A DNA stretch of 64,000 nt from the NCBI GenBank assembly GCA_043228905.1, contig JBHGNT010000007.1, positions 5,022,001 through 5,086,000 of the forward strand. Reading direction: 5' to 3'. Each line of letters begins with the position of its first letter. The stretch's first letter is position 1. This DNA is from Azolla caroliniana (taxonomy: Eukaryota > Plantae > Polypodiophyta). Positions 37,904-51,500 of this stretch are shown piece by piece. The position numbers and the translations under genes were made by a program. A model generated the notes under the pieces. That model was given only the letters and a program-made list of their open reading frames with translations. It searched no databases and was not told where the DNA came from.

Positions 37904-39755
37904 TGTTGAGCGGCAAGCTCAACCGGATCCGGATCGGCTGAATAAGCTTGAGCCGGATCGGCATCCGAAAGGATGAGCTGGATCGGTGAGCCGGTGAGCA
38001 AGTGAGCCGATGAGCTGGGGAGCCGGTTAGTTGGATCCATCAGTAATCAGAAGCCTAGTAGCAGCCTAGACTACTAGGTAGTTAATGTCTCATAGTTAGT
38101 GTCAGACGCTTGTGTGAGCATTGAAGTACACCGTACTTCTGTCAATCCGTATGGACTTGTATAAAAGTGTTCACTGAACACATACGATGTACAGATTGAG
38201 TATTATTTTTTAATTAGATTTCTGTGCTCTCTCTCTCTCTCTCTCTCTCTCCCGCGTACTGTGTATATTCTAAGCTCTCCATTAAACTTGCGTTTCTGTG
38301 TTCGGTTTTCTATTGCTTCCACACACGCTATTCTTTTACATGGTATCAAAATGCGAGGGTTGAGAACCTCTGCAACCAACATAGCTTGAAAAGAAAACCA
38401 ACCAAGAAGAACAGGTGAAAAAAAAACCGATGGATAGAGGCATGGCTAGCTCGCTTCCGACGGAGAAGCTCAACAGAAACAACTATGCATCTTGGTCCTA
38501 CAAGATGCACCAGTACCTGCTCAGGCACGGTTACTGGAGCTATGTTGACGGAGCAAATGACATAGCACCCGAATCGACACACAGAGATTTCCCGGTGTGG
38601 GAACAGTCGGCGAGCAGAGTACTGTACTGCTTCGCGTCTTGTGTGGGCGAACAACTCCTAAGCTACATTCGGGATGCAAAAACGCCGAAAGATGCTTGGG
38701 GAAATCTGAAGAAGATTTTCGCTGCAAGCACTACAGCTAGGAAGCTTCAACTCCGACAGGAGCCAAGCAACCTACAACAACGCGACTTGTCAGTGGTAGA
38801 CTACACTTCACCGAAATGCTTGGTGTTCAACATCTCGACGTGCCACACTTGAGGGGGAGAACAGGCAAAGAAACTGCCGATTGCGCCGGTGAGGGAAGAA
38901 CCGATAGAGGGAGAGACAAGAAGAAGAAAGGAACCGAGTCAATAAAGGAAGTTGACACATCCGAACAAGTTGGAACAAGCGGTAGCGGCGACAGAGTCAA
39001 GAAGGACAAAGCCGACCAAAAGAAGAAGGCCAAAACCCAAATATGGTCCAATGTGGTGAAGGGCCTGGAACCGGAAGACGAATCGGGAGCGGCCGATTCG
39101 GACAAGAGTTGGAACGAATCAGAGACAGTCGATTCGGTTCAACAAACGGATTCGAAAGAACCAGATCAATTCAAGGCCAAGAGGACAAGAAGGCAGCAAA
39201 AGTCGACGCCAACACGAAGGAATCGGCGAATCGACGAGCGCCGAAGTCACAGCAACGAGGGAGCTAATTTGGGCCTGCTGAGCAGACAAGTCGACCGAGG
39301 AGGTCGAGGTGCGCAGAAACAGAAGGGTCGCGGCAAATGGGACCAGACCGGACGAGGAGCGCAAGCGAGGTGGAGTGACGCCAGAAGGAGCCGGGTGGAA
39401 AGACCGGTTGCCATGGAGACTGACACTACGATCCGACCTCAAGTTGAGCTTAAGGGGGAGTGTTGAGCGACAAGCTCAACCGGATCCGGATCGGCTGAAT
39501 AAGCCTGAGCTGGATCGGTGAGCCGGATCAGGGAGCCGGTGAGTTGGGGAGCTGGTTAGCCGGATCCATCAGTAATTGGAAGCCTAGTAGCAACCTAGAC
39601 TACTAGGTAGTTAATGTCTCATAGTTAGTGTCAAACGCTTGTGTGAGCATTGAAGTACACCGTACTTCTGTCAGTCTGTATGGACTTGTATAAAAATGTT
39701 CATTGAACACATACGATGTACATATTGAGTATTATTTTTTAATTAGATTTCTATG

Positions 39756-39788
<33 letters not shown>

Positions 39789-39877
39789 CCGCGTATTGTG
39801 TATATTCTAAGCTCTCCATTAAACCTACGTTTCTGTGTTCGGTTTTATATTGCTTCCGCACACGCTATTCTTTTACA
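37904..39877 (+). mobile_element. Non-autonomous ~2-kb copia deletion derivative F
   Basis: LTRs 37904-38340 and 39461-39877; TSD GAAAC on both sides; PBS TGGTATCA; gag N-terminus joined directly to the end of RNase H. Confidence 0.9.
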
Positions 39878-40290
39878 GAAACCATAGTTGGCGAAAAATG
39901 GGGTGACCCTAGTTGAACCATGTAGCGTATTATTAGATGTGAACTCTACCAAGGGTAGGAGGTCAACCCAATCATCTTGTTGGTAGCTAAGCGAGCATCG
40001 AAGGTATTGCTCAAGAATTTGGTTCACCCTCCGTTTGGCCATCGGTTTGAGGATGATAGGACGAAGACAAATTCATTGTTCTGCCTAATGTTTGAAGGAG
40101 CCGCCACCAAAAACGAGAGACAAATTGGGGTCCGCTATCTGAGGTGACATCATTTGGGACCCCATGAAGCCACACCACATTCTTTAAAAATAGATCGGTT
40201 GTTGTTTCTACTCAAATAGTCTTTGCACAAGGGGCAAAATGAGCCATCTTTGTAAACTGATCTACCATGACGAGCATTGTGTCATATCTG

Positions 40291-40730
40291 TGTTGTCACC
40301 GGGCTGGATAAGCCACTATCACAGGGTGTCCCTTTCGAACACTTCACCAAAGGGGTGGTACGGTAAGGAATGTGCAGACAATGATGCAAAACTGATCCTT
40401 CCCGGTTACTATCCGGAATGATTAACTTGATACACACGTATGATAATCACATTGAGCACAGAACGATATTAACAAGATAAACAATATGTAAAGACACATC
40501 ACTTCTCTATTAATTATCCGTCATTACTTACATCGTCTCCGGATCCTTTTATAGGTATCCGGCTAGGTTACAAACCGGTGCCAATCGGCAACCGGCTACG
40601 AACCGGTTCAGATCCAAATCAGCATACTAATTCCGGGTTCGTCCGTCCGCTCTTATAATTATCATAATTTAACTAATTACAACTCCCAAAACCGGCTCCC
40701 GCTTTCATACTTTGGCCTAACCGGCCAACA
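40291..40730. mobile_element. Solo LTR
   Basis: TGTTG...CAACA, 440 bp, perfect TSD ATCTG at 40286-40290 and 40731-40735; host integrase sequence resumes on both sides. Confidence 0.85.
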
Positions 40731-41016
40731 ATCTGTGGACAAGAGGCAAGTCAGTAATGAAATCCATGGAAATTGATGCCCAAGGCCAGTTGGGAATGGG
40801 AAGTGGTTGGAGCAACCCATATGGCCTATGGTGGACAACTTTGGATCTAGCACAAGTATCACATGTTTTGATGAATTCCTTGACGAACTTCCATGGTTGA
40901 GGCCACCAATATCCTCGTGAGATTAATTCGAATGTCTTTGTAACGCCAAAATCACCAGCCAAGGGGTCATCATGACACTTTTGGAGAACTTGAGTTCGAC
41001 ATCGACCATCCAGAAC

Positions 41017-41203
41017 TATTGAGAATCGAACTCAACTTCCCATAGGAATAGGTTCACACTAGCCCATGGTCATACCAGGCTAGTTTTGTAAATAGTATAA
41101 AGGGTGCTTGCCCTAGCTTAGTTGGTATATAAACCAACTCATTGTAACTTAGTTACTGTTGGAAGTCTTATGTAATATACAGTTTAATTATCTCTGTCTC
41201 GAG

Positions 41204-41267
<64 letters not shown>

Positions 41268-44200
41268 TGCTACACACACACACACATAGTCTCTCATCTT
41301 TTGTTGCATTGCAATCACCACAGACTCCATTTCTTAACATGGTATCAAAGCGTGTGGTTGTCTGATCACACCTATTCGATTGTGTTGTGCTGCACGCCGG
41401 CGATCAACATAACCGACTAATCAACAGAAGAAGAAATCACCATGAACACTCAGATGGGAAGCGCTCTTCTTACAGAGAAGCTCGACAAAACGAACTTTGC
41501 ATCTTGGGAGTACAAGATGCATCAATACCTTGTCGGACAAGGTTACTAGAGCTACATTGAAGGAGCTCACGAAACGCAACCCAACCCAACACACGTCGAC
41601 TATCCCGCTTGGGAGTAGGCCGCGAGCCGTGTGTTGTATTGTCTAGCATCATGCGTTCATGATCATATGCTTGAAGATCAAGGAGCTATGTGCGCCCTTG
41701 GATCGATCAACGTCGTCATTGATGACGAACTGGTGCAGATATGCCTCGGAGGCTTAGCACCGCATTTCGGCGCGATTAGATCAGCCATCCTTGCAAGGGA
41801 GAACCCTCCCTCCTTCTTCGACCTTCAATTGATATTGTTGGTCGAAGAGAATCATGCCTGACAGAGGAGCAATGCATCAGATGGTCATTTGCTCTACTTT
41901 TAGTCGGATAATAGAAGAGATTTCGACCGTGGAAACAGAGGTCGTTTCGGACAAGGCCATAATGATCAGCGGAATCAAGGGCGTAACTCCCACCATTGGC
42001 AAGCGGACAGGAACAAGCCCAAAGAGCTTGGTGGAAGGGGGAGTCATAATGCCGGACCAAGCAATCGCCGAAACCTAGTTGAGTGCGGGTACTGCGGAAA
42101 ACCCAGCCACTACGAAGAAGAAACGTGAGGCAGGCCGACAACTCACAAACTACGCAACAAATTCTGACTACGGCGATCGTGGGGGAATGTTCGTAATGAG
42201 GCATAAACCACACTCAATGACTGCACAGGCTTCAACTAGCGCCTCCGCCTCAAATAGTGCATGGTTTGTTGACTCGGGTGCGTCCAACCATATGACGTCT
42301 CATGAAGATTGGTTTCGGGAACTTCGAAAACCCGATCAGCCTGGATATGTCGAGACTGGCGATGACACGACTTATTGAATACAACATATCGGGAATGTCC
42401 CATTCGGAAATGACGGGGACCAAACTTGCCTCAAGAACGTCTTGCATGTCCCAACAATCACGAAGAACCTGATCTCAGTAGGTCAGATTGTTGAACAGGG
42501 AATGCAAGTATGATTCAACAATGACAATTGTTTTATCGAAAAAGGCGATCAAATCGTAGCCCACAGCCGTCGTGAAGGCCATATGTTCATCCTCGAGTCG
42601 AGCAAGGTAAAGTCAGCCATGTACGCAAAGGGCCAAAAAGTCGAAACTGACTTAAAATTGTGGCACAAGAGGATCGGCCACATTAATCTCCAGAAGCTTC
42701 AGAACATGCAGACGAAATGAGTCATAATCGGACTTCCGAACTTTACGGCAAAGGAGATCACGGGCGTGTGCGAAGCATGCCAATTCGGAAAGCAACACCG
42801 TCACTCATTCTCTAAGGAGCGGAATGTGAGCAAAAGGATCCTTGATGTAATACATTCAGATGTGTGGGAACAAACCCGATGAGACAGAAGAGCGAAGTGT
42901 TCGAACACTTCCAGAAGTTCAAAGCCGAAGTAGAAAAAGCTACAGGCTGTCATGTACGCTGCCTTCGATCAGACGGAGGTAAAGAATACTTTTCGGATGA
43001 GTTCACAGAGTATCTCCAAAAAGAAGGAATCCGACGAGAGTTCTCGTGCCGACATACACCTCAGTAAAACGGCGTAGCAGAGCGGACAAACAAGCACATA
43101 GTCGAAGTCGCGCGAGCTATGATGAATGAGAAGAACTTGCCGAAATCATATTGGGCAGAAGCGGCAAATACAGTCGTATACCTCATGAACAGGCGCACAA
43201 CCTTAGGAGTACACGACATAACTCCACATGAGAAGTTTTTTGGGAAGAAGCCGAACTTATCGCATGTCCGCATTTTCGGCTCAATCGCTTATGTACACAT
43301 TCCCAACGATATGCGGCAAAAGCTCAATCCAAGTCGGAGAAATTTATCCTCGTGGGATACTCGCTCAAACAAAAGGGGTACAAATGCTACAACCTATCTA
43401 CCCGAAAAGTTTGCATCAGTTGAGACGTAGTCTTCGACGAGTCCGCATCTTGGTACGCACCAGAGAATACTTCGACTCCGCTCGACGTGGATGACACCGA
43501 AATAAGAATAGAAGTCGAGGATCAGCTCACGCAGATGTTCGAAGAAAACCCAACTACGACACGGCTGAGTGCACCGCAAGAGCCCCCAAGTGATAAAAGC
43601 ACATTTCGGCCAAGTCCGAAGCTAGACAAAGGCAAGGCAAAAATGCACGAATACGAAGATCATTTCGATCTTGACAGTGAGTTCGAAGGCCTTGACATTC
43701 ACACGAACGGCGTGAAGAAACCTCTAGAGTCCGCAAATGACAAGCCATGCCGATCTACGCATGAGAAGAACCCCGTAAACCGCTACGGCTATGACGAGTA
43801 CTTAGCGTATCATTACGCCTTCATGATGAAGGTAGCGTCAGTACAGGAGCCAAAAACTCTTTCTGAAACCGTGAAGGATCCGCGATGGGTTAATGCGATG
43901 AATGAGGAAATGGAAGCGTTATGTAAAAACAAGACATGGGATCTCGTTCCTCATCCCCCAAACAAGAAACCGATCGGCTGTAGGTGGATTTACAAAGTGA
44001 AACATAATGCCGACGGCTCTGTAAATCGCTTCAAAGCATGGCTCGTTGCAAAAGGATATGCGCAAACACACGGTATAGACTACGAAGAGAACTTTGTCCC
44101 GGTGGCAAAGATGACCACAGTACGAACCATAATTGCACTCGCCGCAGCGAAAGCGTGGCACCTCCACCAGATGGATGTGAAAAACGCCTTCCGCCAAGGA

Positions 44201-45747
44201 GAGCTAGAAGAAGAAGTGTATATGATACAACCACCCGGATTCAAATCACGTAAACATCTACACGCCATATGCCGACTCAAGAAGCCACTTTATGGCCTCA
44301 AACAAGCACCGCGTTCTTGGCATTCGAAGATCACGCAATACCTTCATCAAGTCGGATTTTGGATGTCAAAATCCGGCACTTCCCTGTACATCCGAAACGA
44401 GTTGGATATCCCGATAATCATCATCTTGTATGTGGATGATTTGGTCATCAGAGGAAAGGATCTCGCCGAGATTAACAAAGTTAAATCATTTCTTTCCGGC
44501 AGATTCGAAATGAAAGACATGCACGAACTTCATTACTTCCTAGGTATTGAAGTAATTCGCACACCGGCCGAGATAATGATCTCACAACGGCACTACGTCC
44601 TCAACTTACTGTACAAATTTGGAATGACAGAATGCAACCCTGTGACTACCCCTCTTGATCGCAATATCAAGATTGATGCCAGTTCCGGCACGGCCGAGAC
44701 TGAACCAACTCAGTATCGCCAACTGATCGGTAGGTTGATCTATCTCACCATTACGCAACCTGACCTAAGTTATTCGGTCGGCCTACTTAGCCAATTCATG
44801 TAGAATCCGCGTAACCTTCATCTCGATTGTGCTAAGAGGATACTACGGTATGTCAGTGCGACAATGGATCGCGGCATCTTATATAAGTCGAATACGACTG
44901 TTTGACTCGGAGGGTACACAAACACGGACTAGGTAGGATACAAAGCAGATAGACGATCCACATCCGGATTCGTCTTCTCCCTCGGCAACGGAGCGATCTC
45001 CTAGAGCAGCAAGAAACAGCTGACAGTCGCACTGTCGAGCAAAGAATCCAAATACAGGGGTGTGGCAGTCGCCGCATGTGAAGCCGTATGGCTTAAGCGC
45101 GTACTAAAGGATCTGGGCGTTCCACCCAAAGATCCAATATGCCTGTACTGCGACAACATGGCAGTATCTACTTGGCACACAACCCCGTATTTCACGCGCG
45201 GACTAAACACATCGAAGTGCACTACCACTTCATCCGCGAGTGTGTACAGGTCGAAGAAATCGATCTCCAACATATCAACACGCACCTCCAGGTTGCTGAT
45301 ATATTTACAAAGGCCTTAGGAATAGACAAGCTTAGGCAATTCGCATCGGATCTTGGTCTCATGCCACCTACATTGCCGAGCTTGAGGGGGAGTACGCAGA
45401 GTACGCATGATACGTAGATATGTACGCCGAACTTCAAACCGAACAGATGGAAGTTGTGTTCGAAGGGGTGTGTTGAGAGTCGAACTCAACTTCCCATAGG
45501 AATAGGTTCACACTAGCCCATCAACATACCAAGCTAGTTTTGTAAATAGTAGAAAGGGCGCTTGCCCTAGCTTAGTTGGTATATAAACCAACTCATTGTA
45601 ACTTAGTTACTGTTGGAAGTCTTATGTAATATACAATTTAATTATCTCTGTCTCTAGCACTCTCTCTCTCTCTTTGTTGCTACACACACACACATAGTCT
45701 CTCATCTTCCGCTGCATTGCAATCACCACATACCCCATTTCTTAACA
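41017..45747 (+). mobile_element. Copia H, near full length, decayed
   Basis: LTRs 41017-41339 and 45471-45747; near-TSD AGAAC/GGAAC; PBS TGGTATCA; RT ORF 43487-44803 with LYVDD. Confidence 0.93.
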
Positions 45748-47809
45748 GGAACATATAAGAGTTGGTCTCGGTAAAGCAATCCCCCCTCGAATCTGAAGCA
45801 GTCAAGGTCTTCCTTGGTCTTGGATTTAGACAAATCAATAAGACCTTCCTAAATTGCATTGGCGAATTTGTCGGTGGGAAGTGCTTTGGCTATCTCCTCA
45901 AGCAAAGAGTCGTCATAGAGCATGCATGTGGCGAAGAGCTAGAATTGATTTGGTTTAAGCAAACATTGAGATTGTTGAGCATAGGCATCATCCCTTGGGC
46001 TCAATTCAAAATCTAACCGTCGTGAAAGAGCATCAGCCTTCATGTCTTGTGCTCCCGGCCGAAAGACAATTTCAAAGTCATAGTCGGCTAAGAAAGTTGA
46101 CCAACGGGCTTGCCGCCAATTCAAAGTACGGGTTGTTGAGAAATACAAAAAAAAATTATGATCTGTTAATACCTGAACCCGATGTTGTGCCCCGGCCAAG
46201 TAAGGTCTCCACTATGTGAAAGCTGCCACTATAGTCGTGAGCCCCTTGTCGTAGATGGGATAGTTGATTTCGGGAGCTGTGAATTTTCGGGAGTAGTACG
46301 CCACCGGATGTAGGATGCCATCATCATTGGGTTGGGATAAGATGGCACCAATGGCAAAGTTAGAGGCATATGTTTCAACTTGAAAAGGCTTAGTAGGGAT
46401 CAACGTGAAGGAGGACTGGAGCCCGGGTAAAAACTTCCTTGAGTAGCTCGAAGGCGTGTTGAGTAGATGGAGTCCATTGAAAAGACATCCCTTTACAAGT
46501 AAGCTCAATCAAGGGTTGGACTATGACGGAGAACCCCTTGATAAATCGTCGTAGAAATTTGCGAAACCAAGGAACGACTGGACATCCTTTACTCGTTTTG
46601 GAGTCGCCCATTCTTGAATTGTCTTGATTTTCCTTGGATCCATGGTGATGCCCTAGGGGGGGATAACATAACCAAGATATTCTATGGAATTGCAATCAAA
46701 CTCACCTTTTTCTCTCTTGGCATAGAGGCCATGCTCCCTGAGTTTCGAGAGAATCAATCGAACGTGGTGACTATGCTCTTCAATGCTCGATGAGAAGACA
46801 AGAATGTCATCAAGGTAGATAACGACAAAGTGATCGAGATATTACCGAAATATGTCAGTCATCATATGTTGAAAAACAGCTGGAGCATTGGTGAGTCCAA
46901 AAGGCATTACCTTGTACTCGAAGTGTCCGTATAGCATGGGCGCTTGAGTTCCAAATCCTTGATCCCCATCGATGAGCTTTCTTCCTTCCTTCATAGCTTT
47001 CAAGACCTGTACTGCCAAATAAAAAAAAGAAACCTTCCTTTCTTACATGTGTTGTCGCTTGTCTATGGATGGGCACTTCGTTTTTGCCAAAATATACGCC
47101 ATTATTTTCATATTTACCACACATCTCAATTCTTGTGTCTTTGTAGTTTGTACATCATCTTTATCCCTCTAATACTTTATAGTGAGTGTGAAACCCTTCA
47201 CCCATTTATCAGAGTGATCAACTCTTGCTAATCAAGTTACATTCTAATGTTATAATTATAATTATATTAATTTCTTCAACTTTTCTTTCGATCAGAGCCC
47301 AACCTATAGCAAACCTTGGCATTTTGGCACCATCATCCCTTCGTGCAGACCACATCATGACAACATTGGTCATATCATAATACATGAATGAATTCATTCC
47401 AGTTCTCATTTTCGGTCGCTCATCTCTGGTCTAAAATTCAATAATGGCACCCTCGTATTGCATCTCATCGCATTGCTCATTCACTAGAGTCATCTCATAT
47501 CGTCCTCTAGTTGCCCTTCCGTTTGAATTCAGCCACCCAATATGAATCCAATTGTCCAAGCCTTCTCATCCTAACCTTCCCAACCTCTCCAACTTTGCGC
47601 TTCTCAACATCCAACGTCATTTCGAAGTGTTACAAAGCGTAACCAATCCTATGTGATGCGCGTGATGGGTTAAGGGTAGGGTAGTTGGGAAACCGATGTG
47701 TCGTAGGATTGGGGAGAAACCCATAGGGGACGGATGTCCGAAGGCCACCGCATGCCCAAAGGAGAACCAACGGGAACAAGAAAATGGATGGAAGGTTCAG
47801 ACCAACCAA

Positions 47810-48025
47810 TGTATGTATGTATGTAAATGTATGTGTGTATGTATGTGTGTATGTATGTATGTAAATATAACTTATAAGTGTCATAATGTGTGTACATATG
47901 TCATGTATGTATGCATGTATGTATATATGTCATGTATGTTATGTATGTATGGATGTATGTTATGTTATGTATGTATGCGATGTATGTATGTATGTATGTA
48001 TGTATGTATGTATGTATGTATGTGT
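47810..48025. repeat. Imperfect (ATGT)n microsatellite
   Basis: Direct reading of the sequence. Confidence 0.9.
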
Positions 48026-48584
48026 GTTACGTCTCTCGGTAGACAGGCATTGGGCATGGTTGCCTTGGAAAGGAGGGGCAGGCGAAAGATAGCTGAAGAA
48101 ACTGCGTGATTACGATTTTAGGGTTTCCTCCTCCTCCTCCTCTCTCTCTCTGCGTCTGTCTCTCTACAGTTTCTTCAAGGGCTTCCTTCTCCTTCTGATT
48201 CCTCTCGATTTTCTGGTTTCTCCAAGCTCGCAGATCCTTCTTCTGATTCTCCTCCTCCTGTTTTCTTTCACCGTTTCATTTCCATCTTCGTCTTCTTTTG
48301 ATCCATTCGTTTTTACCGTTTCTTCAAGCTAAGATAAATTTCTTTCTTTCTTTCTTCTTTTTTGCCTTTCTTTTTCTTTCTTGTTCATCTTCATCTTCAT
48401 CTCCTTTCCTCTTCCATCTTCACTCTTCGTCTTCATCACAGTTAATCTGCTCCTTTGCTGTTCATCTTTCTTTTGATTTCCTGTTGGTTTCTGCTGTCTA
48501 GGAGATCGCGATTCTTCTCAGTTTATTTATATCTTCATCTATAAAGAAAAGTGAGCATCTATTCTACGACAACATTTCGTAGCC

Positions 48585-51500
48585 ATGTCTTACGACAAGA
48601 ATCCGTTCGATGAAGAAGAAGATGTAAATCCATTTGCGGTAAGTTAAAGAAATCCATCCCTTTCATCTTTTCTTGATCATGAGTTCCTCTGTCAAATCAT
48701 TATCACAACTCCTCCGAAATTATCTGCCAACGGTATTGCGTTTCTTAACGTAGATTTGTTTCTCTCTATAAATTTTGATTATTTTTTTTCTGATTATTTT
48801 TTCTTTCCTTTTCGTTCATTCTTTGCACTTATATTGTGAAATTACAGTACGAAAGAATAATCAGGAGCGTTTGCTTTGTTATGATCCGCACGAAATTGTT
48901 CAAATGGAAATCATTTCGTGAGTTATTATACAGATAACAATATTCTTTTTTGCAATGATTCAGAATACCACTTTTTCCTTATGGAAATCGAAACCTTCGT
49001 TGCAAGATAATGTTTTCTACTAAGTCATTGTGTGTAGATCTTATAACTGCAAGGTTCAGAAAGTTGCATTCTTTAGTGAAGACCTTGCAAATCTCATATT
49101 GATTAAGATGTCAGAAATAGTAATCTTTCATCGCCGAATCTGGAAAAACTTAATGAAAGGTTTCTCTTTCTGATCGATTTATGGAGAACAAGATTCTTAC
49201 ATTGAAGAAGTGTAAAATGATGGCGTCTTTCCTCATAGAATCTGGATAGGCTTACTTAAAGGTTTCTCTTTCAGAAACGTTTCCGCATGGAGCAAGTTTT
49301 TAAATCAAGTAGAGTGAAATGGATGAATCGTCCAAGGTGTCCAATCTGCAGGATTCATCATCTCACTACTCAGAGATTGATCTTCTTGCGCTGCAACAAC
49401 CATGCCTGTTTTTATGTTACGATCTGAGGTTCTTTTTTGATTGCTTGTCAACATGAGACCTGCACATCAGTAAGGACTGCTATCTGTAGCTTGATGTACT
49501 ATATTGAAGTTAAAAATATTGATCAGTTATTACATTCAGTCTCCTCTCTCTCTCTCTCTCTCCCTCTCTCCAGAGGCAAAGGCCAATAATTTAATCTATA
49601 TATCTATCTGATTCATTGATTAGACTATAGAGATTCCGAACTCATACATTTATGAGGATAAACCTCTGGATGTTTCGTTGTTTGACTTGAATCTTTAATG
49701 TCACAGCTGCTTTTCTCCTGATCTTGTTAAAGAGTTTCCAGGAGTCGACCACATTAAACATTAGCTAGATATAGCCGCAGAGATATGCAAAGCATATTGC
49801 CTGCACACTAAGAGGAGATTGAGAAGCTAGTACCATAAAGAGACTTCAATCACTCGTTTTCATTTTCACAGCCCACCATTCTTTGGTTGCAAGGTTTTTC
49901 ACCCAGCTACAGATGACAATTATGAGAGACACATTGGGGTGGTGACCACACTCATAGTTGGGATGTTACTCCAACCCCAAGTTGTCAGCTTATCCCCACA
50001 TGTATTCTTAGAGTGCACATTTTGTGATAGCACCCCAAATGAGGAGTAGCTGTTGTGTAACCTCACCATATGGGTTGATTAGGTGTCAATGTGGGGAACA
50101 GTAGATGAGTAGGACAGGATGTATTTAGGAAAGAAAGAAATAGAGTAGCATGATTGACTGGTCAGGTTGACTAGAAGAAGATTCTGTGTGTAGGTTAATA
50201 TGTACTTAGTTTTGAAGTATGTGGCATTTACTCAAAAATAATTACTATCTAGAAGTAGCTTGTATGCAGGGAGCTTGGTCATTTTAATAGACAAGTCAGT
50301 TGACAGAAAAGGAATATCCCCACTCTATTAACTGACGTTCAAATTGAATGTGACAATAAGACCAAATACAGAATATAAATATCCACCCTCTTAACACTTA
50401 CACAGCTGCTGTGACTATCATCAGTGTCAACTAATTTTGTAGTCAACTATTCTAGATCCCTTCTAAGCTGTAATGTATGAATGCAGGAGAAGACTAACAT
50501 TGTGAGCTATTCTCATATGTAATAGAAAGTTTGTGTTGACACATATGCATCTATGTGGGTGTAACTCTATATACCTATCTAGTCGACTCTCAATATTTCT
50601 AACATGGGATGCCTGGATCATATTGTTTCTTATACCATGGTGATCCTTCAATAGTCTTGTTCAGAACTACTTTAGTTCTTTCATTTAAATTTTATATTAC
50701 GTTCTAATTTTATTCTCATCAAAGTTCTCTGGTTTCCCTTCTAAACGGTCAATAAGATTAAGTAAGCAAATTAGTATTTGGATGGGAGATTCACAATTAA
50801 AACACTTTTGAGGTATTAAAGGTGATATGTTTGTGAAAATTGAACTACCTTAAATTCTAAAGCTTCAGTATTATTAATGTCAGTGTTTCTACGTTGGACA
50901 ATAGCATCTCCATTCATAGTGAAGTAAAGTGTTGCTGGTGGAAAAAGAACATCTCTAGTATTTGCTTTTCAAACCCTTTCAAAACTTAAGAACTTTGCGG
51001 AAATTATGAGGGGACCATTAATGAGGAATTTAAGATAACAAATGATTCTTACAAGAAATTATGAAGAAAAAATAAAAATTGGAGATTCACAAAAGCTACC
51101 CAACTAAAACTAATAATTTATCTGTTGCCAAATAGATCAATTATCCCGCAGACGTGCTAGTCAGAAACGAAAACTTCTTATTCAATTAGAACTGCCAATT
51201 TCAAACTGGAAGCTTTTCATGTGATGTTTTATTTCAAGATTCATAACAGCTCCATTTGAAGTATCTTTGGTATTTTTTTACCCATCATGCCTCCCTTTCT
51301 GCTAGCTAGTTTATGAATCTTTGTGAGCTTGTGAGCTGTTTGATGTAAGCTAAAGATATGGAAACACAAATAGTGACATGGGTTTTTAATGGAAGACCAT
51401 TATCTTAATGGAAAATGCACAGTCGCAGTTCATCAATTTCTGATAGTTGTTAGAAGGAAGACCACTTAATTGAAGATTCATAGGACAACATTTGTACTAT

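Larger units (their letters stand above)
32881..46945 (-). mobile_element. Decayed chromovirus E (3' LTR 32881-37261, chromodomain, INT, RH, RT) carrying four insertions
   Basis: LTR TGTCA...TGACA split by copia D; EEYEVDKILDS chromodomain; ISMDFITDLP; HPVAYYSRKF; YLDD region at ~46810; 5' part missing. Confidence 0.8.

Noticed and set aside
47630-48501. ORFs rich in M/Y/V/C or S/F
   Set aside because: These are translations of (ATGT)n and CT-rich leader sequence.
50150-50460. Possible MITE in SCAMP intron 1
   Set aside because: Only short imperfect inverted matches (gttgacta/tagtcaac) and no convincing TSD.
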